Shown piece by piece: positions 28,537 through 37,011 of a stretch of DNA of 64,000 bases. The notes beneath the pieces are model-generated. The model was not told the DNA's origin and did not search any database. It saw nothing but the letters and a program-made list of their open reading frames with translations. The DNA is from Deltaproteobacteria bacterium (GTDB lineage: Bacteria; Desulfobacterota; Desulfomonilia; UBA1062), in the NCBI GenBank assembly GCA_017992605.1, contig JAGOOG010000001.1, positions 70,655 to 134,654 on the forward strand, written 5' to 3'. How positions within the stretch are numbered: the stretch's first letter is position 1; every line of letters begins with the position of its first letter. A program made the translations under genes and the position numbers.

Positions 28537-29561
28537 GCCCGAAGCCGCATCTCTATCAGGTCAAAGGTCTCGTGTTCCGCTACGGGGAGCGCTTCGAGCT
28601 GAACATCCCGGATTTTTCCATCGAACCAGGATCGGCGGTGGGCCTCATCGGCCCCAACGGCGGGGGCAAGACCACCCTGCTGAGGATCCTCGCCTTCATA
28701 GAAAGACCCCAGGGTGGTGAAATCCTCTTCGATGGAGAAAGGACCCGCGTCGAGGACGCCCCGTTGACCCGCTCGGTGAGCATGCTCCTCCAGGAGCCGT
28801 ATCTGCTCAAGCGCAGCGTATTCGAAAACGTGGCCTACGGGCTCAAGGTCAGGGGAGAGAGAAAGAGGCTCAAACAAAAGGTGGAGGAGGCTCTAGGCAC
28901 CGTGGGGCTGGACTTTCAGGATTTTTCCCGGCGCTCGTGGTACGAGCTGTCGGGCGGAGAGGCCCAGCGGGTCGCCCTGGCGGCACGCCTGATCCTCAAG
29001 CCCAGGGTCCTCATACTCGACGAGCCGACTGCCAGCGTGGACGAGAAGAGCGCCCTGCTCATCAAGGATGCAGTCATCGAGAGCCGCAGCAAGGACGGCA
29101 CCACCCTGATCATCGCGAGCCACGACCACTTCTGGCTCAACAGCATTACCACCGATATCAGGCGGGTATACAGGGGACGTGTCCTGGGAACAGCCGTGCG
29201 GAATGTCATGATCGGGCCGTGGGTCGACATCGGCGAAGGCCTCTGCAGGACCACCCTTCCCGACGGGCAGCCCGTCATCGCGACGTGCGCGCCGCTTCCA
29301 GACATGCACGGCATGATCGACCCCTCGGACATCGTCATCTCGCTGGACAGACCCACCATGATGTCAGCCCACAACACGATTCAGGCCGTCGTCATGTCCC
29401 TTGAGATGAACGGTGACACCGGCATCGTGAACGTTTCACTGGACACAGGGGGGTTCAGGGTCCTTGCCCGGGTCACGAGGCACACGGCCAGGGAGATGAA
29501 CCTACTCCCGGGCGAGAAGGTGTGGGCGGTCTTCAAGGCCTCGTCAATCAAGTGGGAGTGA
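28533..29561 (+). CDS. tupC: tungstate ABC transporter ATP-binding protein with C-terminal TOBE/Mop domain
   Basis: ATGA start/stop overlap with tupB. Walker A GPNGGGKTT, signature LSGGEAQRVALA, Walker B ILILDEPTASVD. C-terminal about 130 aa Mop-like beta domain. Confidence 0.85.
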   Translation: MSPKPHLYQVKGLVFRYGERFELNIPDFSIEPGSAVGLIGPNGGGKTTLLRILAFIERPQGGEILFDGERTRVEDAPLTRSVSMLLQEPYLLKRSVFENVAYGLKVRGERKRLKQKVEEALGTVGLDFQDFSRRSWYELSGGEAQRVALAARLILKPRVLILDEPTASVDEKSALLIKDAVIESRSKDGTTLIIASHDHFWLNSITTDIRRVYRGRVLGTAVRNVMIGPWVDIGEGLCRTTLPDGQPVIATCAPLPDMHGMIDPSDIVISLDRPTMMSAHNTIQAVVMSLEMNGDTGIVNVSLDTGGFRVLARVTRHTAREMNLLPGEKVWAVFKASSIKWE

Positions 29562-29577
29562 GGATCCTCCAGGCGAC

Positions 29578-30408
29578 TCAATCCCTGTAGATGAGGGTGC
29601 CCACCTTCTTCCCGTTCAACGCCCTAGTGATCGTGCCCTTCTTCAGGCCGTTGACGATCTGGATCCTGTCCACGGACTCGCAGTTTGAGAGGATTTCCAG
29701 GCAGGAGCGCTCCACGATGAGGTCTTCGAGATCCCTCTTCAGGAGCTCCTTCACCCCGATCTCGGGGATAAAGGAGGCCTCCGGGTTGGTCTTGGGGTTG
29801 TCCGTGTACAGCCCGTCCTCGTCCTTGACATAGATGCAGCTCTTCGCGCCGATGAGGTTGGCCATGATCAGGGTCCCGGCGTCGGTCCTGTGGACCGGGA
29901 GCCTCCCCCTGGCCGGGGGGATGGCGAAGTAGTCGTAGGGGGGCATGCCGTGGGTGACCGGGATGCACCCCTGGGAGAAGTACGAGGGGAGCTTGAGAAG
30001 GTCGTCCTGGTGGATGCGCACGCCGTCCCAGGGGGCGAGCAGGGTCGCGATCAGGATGGCGTTCTGCTCGGATATGGTGCTGGCGAACCTGGCGATGATG
30101 CCCGTGGGCATGCCGAGCTCAAGCCCGATGGCGTAGATGTGCCTGCTCCTCGTTCCGCCGCCAGCGGTGAGCAGGATCCGGTGTTTCTTCTTCGCCGCCG
30201 CGATCTCCTTGATGATGGGGGGAAGCGCCTTGGCCCCGCGGTCGCAGATGGACTGGCCGCCTATCTTGATCACGTTCACGTCAGGGAAGAGCCGGTACTG
30301 GGGGGGTGTCTCCAGCTCGTCGTACAGGGATTTCCTGACCAGGCTCTCTCCCATGAGCCTGCTCTTGATGTGCAGACGTTTCCCGTTTTTTTCCCTCACC
30401 AGGGCCAT
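29578..30408 (-). CDS. amino-acid-kinase-fold protein (UMP kinase-like / molybdenum-storage-protein-like), 276 aa
   Basis: VNVIKIGGQSICDRG N-terminal phosphate-binding loop and LLTAGGGTRSRH glycine-rich segment typical of the carbamate/UMP kinase fold. Substrate not assignable. Confidence 0.65.
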   Translation of the reverse strand: MALVREKNGKRLHIKSRLMGESLVRKSLYDELETPPQYRLFPDVNVIKIGGQSICDRGAKALPPIIKEIAAAKKKHRILLTAGGGTRSRHIYAIGLELGMPTGIIARFASTISEQNAILIATLLAPWDGVRIHQDDLLKLPSYFSQGCIPVTHGMPPYDYFAIPPARGRLPVHRTDAGTLIMANLIGAKSCIYVKDEDGLYTDNPKTNPEASFIPEIGVKELLKRDLEDLIVERSCLEILSNCESVDRIQIVNGLKKGTITRALNGKKVGTLIYRD

Positions 30409-30455
30409 GCATGCGTCCTTTCTGGTATCATGAATGATAGTTGGGCATAACCCGA

Positions 30456-30680
30456 CTACTTGATCTCGACTTCTCCTTCGCCATACTTCCCTTTCTGGTC
30501 ACGTTCAAGAAGGACAAGTTCCGCACCGCATTCCCTGGCAATCATGTCGAGCTCGGTCTTCCGTACGTGCTTTGCATGGAACTTCAGATCGAGCCCGGCC
30601 ACGGCCACCAGGAGAAACCGGGGTTTTTTCTCTCCCTCACCAGCCTTTGTCCGTTCACGGTAAAAGATCTTTCCTGCCAT
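30456..30680 (-). CDS. small hypothetical protein (74 aa)
   Basis: ORF between two co-oriented genes with 3-nt and 47-nt spacers. No recognisable motif. Confidence 0.35.
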   Translation of the reverse strand: MAGKIFYRERTKAGEGEKKPRFLLVAVAGLDLKFHAKHVRKTELDMIARECGAELVLLERDQKGKYGEGEVEIK

Positions 30681-30683
30681 GTC

Positions 30684-31406
30684 TCATGCCTCCTTGTGCT
30701 TTTTCCCGCCGACGCATATCCAAGAACCATCTGCACTCTTTCGTACCGGGAGGACGGGATTGCCTGCCCACAGCCTCGGCCTCAGCCAGCCGCCGGTATG
30801 TACCACGTCACCGGAGCAAAGCAGAGGGGCCTGCCGGTCCACGGATACAACCACGATTCCCAGTGATTCCAAGGCTGAAACATCAACGGGGTCCGGCAGC
30901 TCTCTGAGTCGTCCGAATTCGATAAACCTGCCGCACCTGCCCAGCGCGGTGAGCCCGACCGCCGCGGCCGAACCGATGATGCCGTCCCCGGTCCCGCCAT
31001 GGGCGGAGAGGTGATGTCCCGAAGCTGCCCGAAGGGCATCCTCCTGCGTCATCACCTCACGTGTACAGCGCATGGAGAAGTCGATGATGTCAGCGAGGCT
31101 GCCGTTGTTTCCGAGGCACACGCACAGACCGGGGTCGCTGCCGTCGACGGCGTGTTTCACAAGATGTGCGGCAGCGGAGCTGATGAGGTGGTCGAATGCG
31201 GAATCGTCGGGTGCCTCGACCACTGCGCAGGCAGAGCTGTTGTGGGAGGTGTAGGGAATGCGGTCATCCACGAGGAGCTGCTGCCTGAGAACGCCCCACA
31301 GGGAACACCCGCGGGGAAGTTCCTGCTCGAACCACCGCGCGACCTTGCCCGTCCCGTAGCTGCTGTCAATCGAGTCGGTATCGTCGAAACCGATGTAGAT
31401 CCTCAT
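30684..31406 (-). CDS. TiaS-kinase-domain-like protein (homolog of the N-terminal catalytic domain of archaeal tRNA(Ile2) agmatidine synthetase), 240 aa
   Basis: N-terminus MRIYIGFDDTDSIDSSYGTGK and IPYTSHNSSACAV closely parallel the recalled archaeal TiaS N-terminus (MRVWVGIDDTDS...GMCTTY ... IPYKTRGNGAV). The protein is too short to include the ThiI-like/OB/Zn-ribbon RNA-binding domains. Needs profile confirmation. Confidence 0.5.
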   Translation of the reverse strand: MRIYIGFDDTDSIDSSYGTGKVARWFEQELPRGCSLWGVLRQQLLVDDRIPYTSHNSSACAVVEAPDDSAFDHLISSAAAHLVKHAVDGSDPGLCVCLGNNGSLADIIDFSMRCTREVMTQEDALRAASGHHLSAHGGTGDGIIGSAAAVGLTALGRCGRFIEFGRLRELPDPVDVSALESLGIVVVSVDRQAPLLCSGDVVHTGGWLRPRLWAGNPVLPVRKSADGSWICVGGKKHKEA

Positions 31407-31486
31407 AGTCGTATCCGAACCTCTACTATTCTATAGGGGTCGTGGGGGGAAAAGCAAATCCTCCTGCATCTCATGATGTTACACGG

Positions 31487-32044
31487 TCAAGGGGTTCGGC
31501 TGCTCGACGTGCAGGCCTGGTGCAGGGAAAATTCGCACCCGCAGTAACCCTGCCGGTACAGTTCCAGCTGCCGGCTGAGCTCGGTGCTCCGTGCATAGCC
31601 GTCCCTCTTCTTGAAATCGATCTCGAGGAACCCCCCGAACCCCCTGCCTATGGCGAAGACGTCCCGTGAGGACTTGTGGCGGCTCACGGTCAGGGTCGTG
31701 GTGAAGCTCGACAGGCCGAGGCGTTGCATGGCCAGGGCGGCGCGGTTGAGGTTGTATTCGAAGCACTTCAGGCATCTCTGACCCCGCTCGGGTTCGTTCT
31801 CCAGGCCCCTGACATGGGCGAGCCATGCTTCGTGGTCGTACGCATCCTCCACGAGGTCGAGGTGCATGACCCCGGCAAGCCTGCGCGTCTCGGCGAGACG
31901 CCCTCGATACTCCTCGGCCGGATATATGTTGGAGTTGCTGAAGAACAGGACGACGTCATGGCCCTGCTCCCGGAGCCTCTCCACCGATGCGGTGGAGCAC
32001 GGTGCACAGCACACGTGGAGCAGGATGGGGGATTCTTCATGCAT
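31487..32044 (-). CDS. queH: epoxyqueuosine reductase QueH (DUF208)
   Basis: LLHVCCAPCS motif and additional conserved Cys (CLKC, CGCE) of the QueH family. Confidence 0.8.
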   Translation of the reverse strand: MHEESPILLHVCCAPCSTASVERLREQGHDVVLFFSNSNIYPAEEYRGRLAETRRLAGVMHLDLVEDAYDHEAWLAHVRGLENEPERGQRCLKCFEYNLNRAALAMQRLGLSSFTTTLTVSRHKSSRDVFAIGRGFGGFLEIDFKKRDGYARSTELSRQLELYRQGYCGCEFSLHQACTSSSRTP

Positions 32045-32050
32045 GAGACG

Positions 32051-32536
32051 TCACGTTTTCGGTGCGCGGGTTGCCTCGATGCGCGAGCCCAGGATCCTGA
32101 ACAGGGGCAGCAGCACGGCATAGAGGGTGAGGAAGATGAGGGGAGCGCACAGGGCCCAGGCAAAGGCACCGTGCATGATCACCCTGGACACGGTCTGCAC
32201 GGCCAGGAGGACGTCCGTGCGCAGGAGCTCGGCCACGTAGGAGGGATCGAGGGTTGATGTGGACCCGAAGATGCGCTCACCCATGATGAGGAAGGGCACC
32301 ACCAGGATGAGCTGCAGGGGGTAGATGAGCCAGTTTCCCAGCTGGATGACCAGGAGGTTCATGCGCAGCCCGATGGCAGCCATGGTGCAGATGGCGGTGG
32401 TGGTGCCCACGATGGGGAAGATCCCGATGGTGAGCCCGCTGGCCATGCTCAGGGCGAGGCGTGCCGGGGTGATTCCCTGTCTCAGGAGCGCCGTCAGCGG
32501 CGCGATGATGTATTTTCTGAAATAGTGTCGAAGCAT
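32051..32536 (-). CDS. DUF2062-like small membrane protein
   Basis: Four TM helices. Sequence family resemblance. 6-nt spacing to queH suggests co-transcription. Confidence 0.5.
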   Translation of the reverse strand: MLRHYFRKYIIAPLTALLRQGITPARLALSMASGLTIGIFPIVGTTTAICTMAAIGLRMNLLVIQLGNWLIYPLQLILVVPFLIMGERIFGSTSTLDPSYVAELLRTDVLLAVQTVSRVIMHGAFAWALCAPLIFLTLYAVLLPLFRILGSRIEATRAPKT

Positions 32537-32641
32537 CCGACGAAACCGTCCCTGTATTCTCCGGCCGGACGAGCCGGTGACTCTACATACTTCAGGGGAG
32601 GGGGTGAAGGAAAGAGGATAATGGACCCGGCCTGCAGCTGC

Positions 32642-33394
32642 TTACCTGCGAGGGATACCCGTGGAGGCCTTCTTGTGAGCCTTCCGCGCGTCCTTCAGGA
32701 GGCGGAGCGTTGCATGCCGCCCGTTCTGGAGGCCTGCCGTATTGACGGCGGGTCTGTTTCTGAAGACAGACGAAACGCGCTTGTCCATGGCCGCTATGAT
32801 GAGCCGGTATTCGCCTGCGAACCATTTCCGGGAAAGGAGGAGATCCCGGTCCACCTCGATGCCCCTGTCCCGCAGGAGCGCGAAGAACTCATCCTCGTAG
32901 ATGACCCTGCCGAAGTCCACGGTGGTGAGGTACCTGAGTCTCGGCTTGATAAGTTCCATGACGGGCGAACGACGGTGGAACATGGTCTGAAAGAACAGGA
33001 CCCTGCCCTCGGGCTTGATCCAGGGGCGTATCCTGTCCAGAACCGTGCCGGGGTCCTCCAGGAGCATGAAGCTCATGCTGAACAGGATGGAGTCGTACCA
33101 GGGCCGCTCAGGCGGCTCGAAGGACTCGACGGGTTCGTGGAGAACGGTGATGTTCCGGTCAAGCCCCCATCTCCTGATCTGGTTGCTGCAGTGGTCCAGG
33201 TAGCATCTGTTGATGTCGATGCCCGTGATGGAGAGGTTCTTCGACTGGATGAGCTCGTGGAACGTACGGATCATGGCCCCGTTGCCTATGCCCACGTCCA
33301 GTATCCGTGATCCCGGGGGGAAATACTGCAGACAGTTTCGGTAGCAGAGCATGGTGACCTCATGGATGAAGAAGTTGTAGAGCGCGTTCTTCAT
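32642..33394 (-). CDS. class I SAM-dependent methyltransferase
   Basis: Motif I ILDVGIGNGAM and motif post-I ITGIDIN. Confidence 0.7.
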   Translation of the reverse strand: MKNALYNFFIHEVTMLCYRNCLQYFPPGSRILDVGIGNGAMIRTFHELIQSKNLSITGIDINRCYLDHCSNQIRRWGLDRNITVLHEPVESFEPPERPWYDSILFSMSFMLLEDPGTVLDRIRPWIKPEGRVLFFQTMFHRRSPVMELIKPRLRYLTTVDFGRVIYEDEFFALLRDRGIEVDRDLLLSRKWFAGEYRLIIAAMDKRVSSVFRNRPAVNTAGLQNGRHATLRLLKDARKAHKKASTGIPRR

Positions 33395-33662
33395 GCGACC
33401 AGCGGCGCCCGGCCGCATATGGCTGCGTGAGACCTCTTCTCCATGGGCCTTCGGTCCCCCTTGCCCCGAGGAGCACCAGGAGCGGCCGCGCTGAACGTGG
33501 TGACGAAGATGAACCGCCCCTGAAGCGTTTCGTTCATTTTACCCCAAAACATGGCAAATGTAAAGGAACGGCAGGCTTGTGCACAACGGAGGTGTTCAGC
33601 GCGCGTGAAAAAAGAGGGCGGACCGGAACGGTCCGCCCGTCATACCGCAGTTGCGGGGCCGA

Positions 33663-34514
33663 TTACTTGGGGGATACCGGCGAGTTCTGGGCGCCGGTGG
33701 GTATCTCCGATGCGAACATCGAGCCCGAGGACTGGCCGGAGGCCGTTGCCACCATGGTGTCCCTGAACCACTTGGCCATGATCTTGTCATCCGTGTCCTT
33801 GGACTTCACCGCGGCGAGCCCCTTGTTGATCATCCCGAGGACCTCGGAGTTTCCCTTCTTGCACACGATGCCGTAGTCTTCTTTCTTAAGGCTCGGATCG
33901 AGTATGCACGAATCGCTGGAAAGGCAGAATTTCCCGGAATATTTACCCGATACATAGCCCAGGGCCACCGGGGCGTCGCACAGGACGCCGTCCACATTCC
34001 CCTTGGCAAGGTCCCTGAAGGCCTGCTCGGTCTCCTGCGCGGTAAAGTACGTCAGGTTGGCACCTGATCTCCTGACCTTGTCGGCCGTCTGGGAGAGCTT
34101 GAACACGCCGATGTTCCTGCCGTTCACGGACAGGTTCGCCTTGCTCTTGGGCACGACGAGCACCTGGCCGGTGCTGAAATAGGGCTCGGAAATGCCGAAG
34201 CGGTTCTTCTTGCCCGACGTGATGCTCACGGAAGCCACCACAGCGTCGTACTTGCCCGCGTTGAGATCGTTGTAGAGGTTCTTCCACGGCACCTCCACGA
34301 ACTTGACCTGAAAGCCGGCCTCACTGGCGATGGCCTTGACCATGTCGATCTCAAAGCCGGTGAGTGCCCCGCTGCTGTCCTTCATCTTCATGGTCGGTAT
34401 GTCGCCGCCGACCGCCACGGTGATCGTCCTGCCCGCATACGCTGCGCTGCTCACGATAAGACACATGAGAATGGCTGCCCCGACACATGCCAAGATCCTC
34501 CTGACATCCTTCAT
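33663..34514 (-). CDS. ABC transporter substrate-binding protein (PBP family 3, amino-acid-binding-like)
   Basis: Signal peptide, then ITVAVGGDIPTMKMKDSSGALTGFEIDMVKAIA typical of polar amino-acid binding proteins. No cognate permease/ATPase adjacent. Confidence 0.7.
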   Translation of the reverse strand: MKDVRRILACVGAAILMCLIVSSAAYAGRTITVAVGGDIPTMKMKDSSGALTGFEIDMVKAIASEAGFQVKFVEVPWKNLYNDLNAGKYDAVVASVSITSGKKNRFGISEPYFSTGQVLVVPKSKANLSVNGRNIGVFKLSQTADKVRRSGANLTYFTAQETEQAFRDLAKGNVDGVLCDAPVALGYVSGKYSGKFCLSSDSCILDPSLKKEDYGIVCKKGNSEVLGMINKGLAAVKSKDTDDKIMAKWFRDTMVATASGQSSGSMFASEIPTGAQNSPVSPK

Positions 34515-34693
34515 GTACCGTCCCTCCTTTGTAGGCGATGACCCCATCGGTTTTTTCGCATGACCAAAGTTCTCCTGGTCTTGTCGGACGGTTTTGAAAA
34601 AGCTGAAGGATTACGAAAATGAATTGGGCGGAATCCGGGTCCTGCAGAGTGCAGCAGGGCTTCAGTGCGACTTCGTCTGAGGGGTCACTCGTT

Positions 34694-35422
34694 CTACAGT
34701 TCGATATCCATGAACCAGGTGTGCCAGCCGGCCTCGATCTTCGGGGGATCTTCCTCGTCCATAGCCCGGATCACGTCCCGGTACATCACGTGCTTCATCT
34801 CGGAGATCACCTCGCGGCGTTTCCTGAGCGAGCCGGCGAAGGAGAGGGCCGTCTCCATGAGGGTGCCCGCAGGACATGCCGTGTGGACGATCCCCATGGC
34901 CCGGCATTCTTCGCCGGTCAGCCGCCTGCCGGTATACTGGAGTTCCTCCAGGGTGGACAGGGGCATGGCCTTTTTCAGCACGGCGATCATGCTGGGCAGG
35001 AAAGGGACGCCGAGGTCGACCTCGGGGATGCAGAAATAGCCGCGGCCGGTCTGCATGAACCGGAAGTCGCAGCAGCAGCTCAGCACCGCGCCGCCGGCAA
35101 AGGCGTGCCCATTGATGGCCGCGACGGTGAACATGGGAAAGAGCGTGAACCGCCGCATCAGGGAAGTCAGCAGGGAGACGTAGGCATAGAAGCTCTTCGT
35201 GTCCCGCGACCGGAGTACGGGGAGCACCCAGTCGAGGTCGATGCCGTTGCTGAAGACGCGGGGATGGGCCGAGGTCACCACCAGGACGGATGCGTCCTCT
35301 CTTTCTATACGGTCGAGGATCGCGCCGTATTCTCCGAGGAAATCGGGGTTGAACCTGTTCTCTCCCCGGTCCATGACAAGGGTGACGATGCCCTCGTTGA
35401 CTGCATAGGATAGATTCGCCAT
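34694..35422 (-). CDS. enoyl-CoA hydratase/isomerase (crotonase) family protein
   Basis: Crotonase-fold oxyanion segments (FSNGIDL, AAINGHAFAGGAVLSCCCD). Confidence 0.75.
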   Translation of the reverse strand: MANLSYAVNEGIVTLVMDRGENRFNPDFLGEYGAILDRIEREDASVLVVTSAHPRVFSNGIDLDWVLPVLRSRDTKSFYAYVSLLTSLMRRFTLFPMFTVAAINGHAFAGGAVLSCCCDFRFMQTGRGYFCIPEVDLGVPFLPSMIAVLKKAMPLSTLEELQYTGRRLTGEECRAMGIVHTACPAGTLMETALSFAGSLRKRREVISEMKHVMYRDVIRAMDEEDPPKIEAGWHTWFMDIEL

Positions 35423-35579
35423 GGTGAAACGCTCCCTTTCATCAGCATGGTCCAGCCCCCTCATGTGAATGCGCCCTGCAGGCCAGGGGCATGAACGGAC
35501 AACAGCACGGTGCGGCTGATTCTACCATACACGGCAGACATATGCCACCGGTCACGGCCATGTCCGGGCGGGGATGCCT

Positions 35580-36851
35580 TCAGACCGTGGAGGCGGAAGG
35601 CTTCTTGCCGGTCGAGAGGTTCACCTTCGGGCCGGTCTTTCTCCTGAGGGTGAAGCAGAACACCGAGCCCTGCCCGGGTTCGCTCTCGACCCAGATCTGC
35701 CCCCCGTGTTCCTCGATGATCCTGCGGGTGATGTAGAGCCCCAGGCCCGTGCTCGTCTCGCCCGAGGTCGGCTGGATGCTGGTGGTCTGGAAGGGGGTGA
35801 AGAGACCGGTCTGCTCGTTCCTGGGGATCCCCGGGCCCTGATCGCGGACCGAGACGAGGATCACCTCGGTACCGGCGGACACCGAGACCTGGACGATCGA
35901 ATTCTCGGGCGAGAACTTCATCGCGTTGGACAGGAGATTGTTGAACACCTGGTCGAGCTTGGCAGGGTCAGCCTTCAGGCGGACCTCCTCGGGCGGGAGC
36001 AGGAGGTTTATCTGGATGCCCTTGGCATCGGCCTGGTTCTGGTTGAACCGTATGTTCTCGACGATGAACGGTGCGAGGTCCACCTCCTCCACATGCAGTG
36101 GCACATGCATGCTGTCGATCCGGGCGATGTCCATGAGTTCGTCCATGAGCTGGAGGAGCGTGGATGCCGATTTCTGTGCCAGGTCGAGGTATGTCTGCTG
36201 CTTGCGGGTGAGCCCACCCCCCCCGGGCAGGAGGTGCCTGCTGCTGCCGAGAAAGACGTTGAGGGCGTTCCTCATGTCGTGGGCGGCGATACCCAGGAAC
36301 CGGTTCATCTCCTCGTGGAGGAACCGGAGTTCCTTATCGGTACGCTCGAGCTGGATCGATGCGTACAGGATGTGGAGGTCGGCCATGATCATCCCGGCGA
36401 ATTGCTGCAGGAGGCGTTTACGCCTCCTCGAGTGGCGGTTTTCCTTGTGGTCGAGCACGCAGATGGCGCCGAAGATCTCGCCTGACGGCCAGGTCAACGG
36501 CATGCCCATGTAAGAGACCATGCCGTTTTCCAGGTCAGGGTTGCCCTGCCAGCGGGGATCGGTGCGGGCGTCTGCGACGAGCAGGGGGGTGCGGGACCGT
36601 GCGACCTCTTCACAGTACCGGCCATCGTGGAGACGCTCCCGAAGCCCCGGGCGATACGGGTGCCGCATGTTCCCATTGCAGGCGCAGACCTCCATGTCGT
36701 TCCCGTAAACGCGCGAGATGAGTGCGGCAGGGACCCTGAAAAGCTCGGACACGAGGTCGAGGGTTTCCTGCCACGATCGGATCATCGCATCGGGTACGCC
36801 AATGCTCTCCAGTACCGGGTGCGCTCCGTTCTGATGCGTGTCTGGAGACAT
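35580..36851 (-). CDS. GAF-domain sensor histidine kinase
   Basis: N-terminal GAF-like domain, H-box FLGIAAHDMRNALN, N/G1/G2 boxes (NLLSNAMKF, RDQGPGIP, GLGLYI). Confidence 0.8.
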   Translation of the reverse strand: MSPDTHQNGAHPVLESIGVPDAMIRSWQETLDLVSELFRVPAALISRVYGNDMEVCACNGNMRHPYRPGLRERLHDGRYCEEVARSRTPLLVADARTDPRWQGNPDLENGMVSYMGMPLTWPSGEIFGAICVLDHKENRHSRRRKRLLQQFAGMIMADLHILYASIQLERTDKELRFLHEEMNRFLGIAAHDMRNALNVFLGSSRHLLPGGGGLTRKQQTYLDLAQKSASTLLQLMDELMDIARIDSMHVPLHVEEVDLAPFIVENIRFNQNQADAKGIQINLLLPPEEVRLKADPAKLDQVFNNLLSNAMKFSPENSIVQVSVSAGTEVILVSVRDQGPGIPRNEQTGLFTPFQTTSIQPTSGETSTGLGLYITRRIIEEHGGQIWVESEPGQGSVFCFTLRRKTGPKVNLSTGKKPSASTV

Positions 36852-37011
36852 GGCAGCTCCTCATTTCAGGGATGCAGTCCATAACATGGTTCATTCTCAA
36901 TAATAACACGTTCATGCAGGGAAAGAAGGGCACAACAAGAAAAAATCTGGTCGTGTCGGCACGGGATTGGGCAGCGGGGATCAGGCTGTCCTGAGGCCCC
37001 CGGTACAGTCC

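Noticed and set aside
30456-30680. 74-aa ORF as a MoaD/ThiS-type sulfur carrier
   Set aside because: No C-terminal Gly-Gly (ends ...GEVEIK). Left as a hypothetical small protein of the TiaS-like operon.
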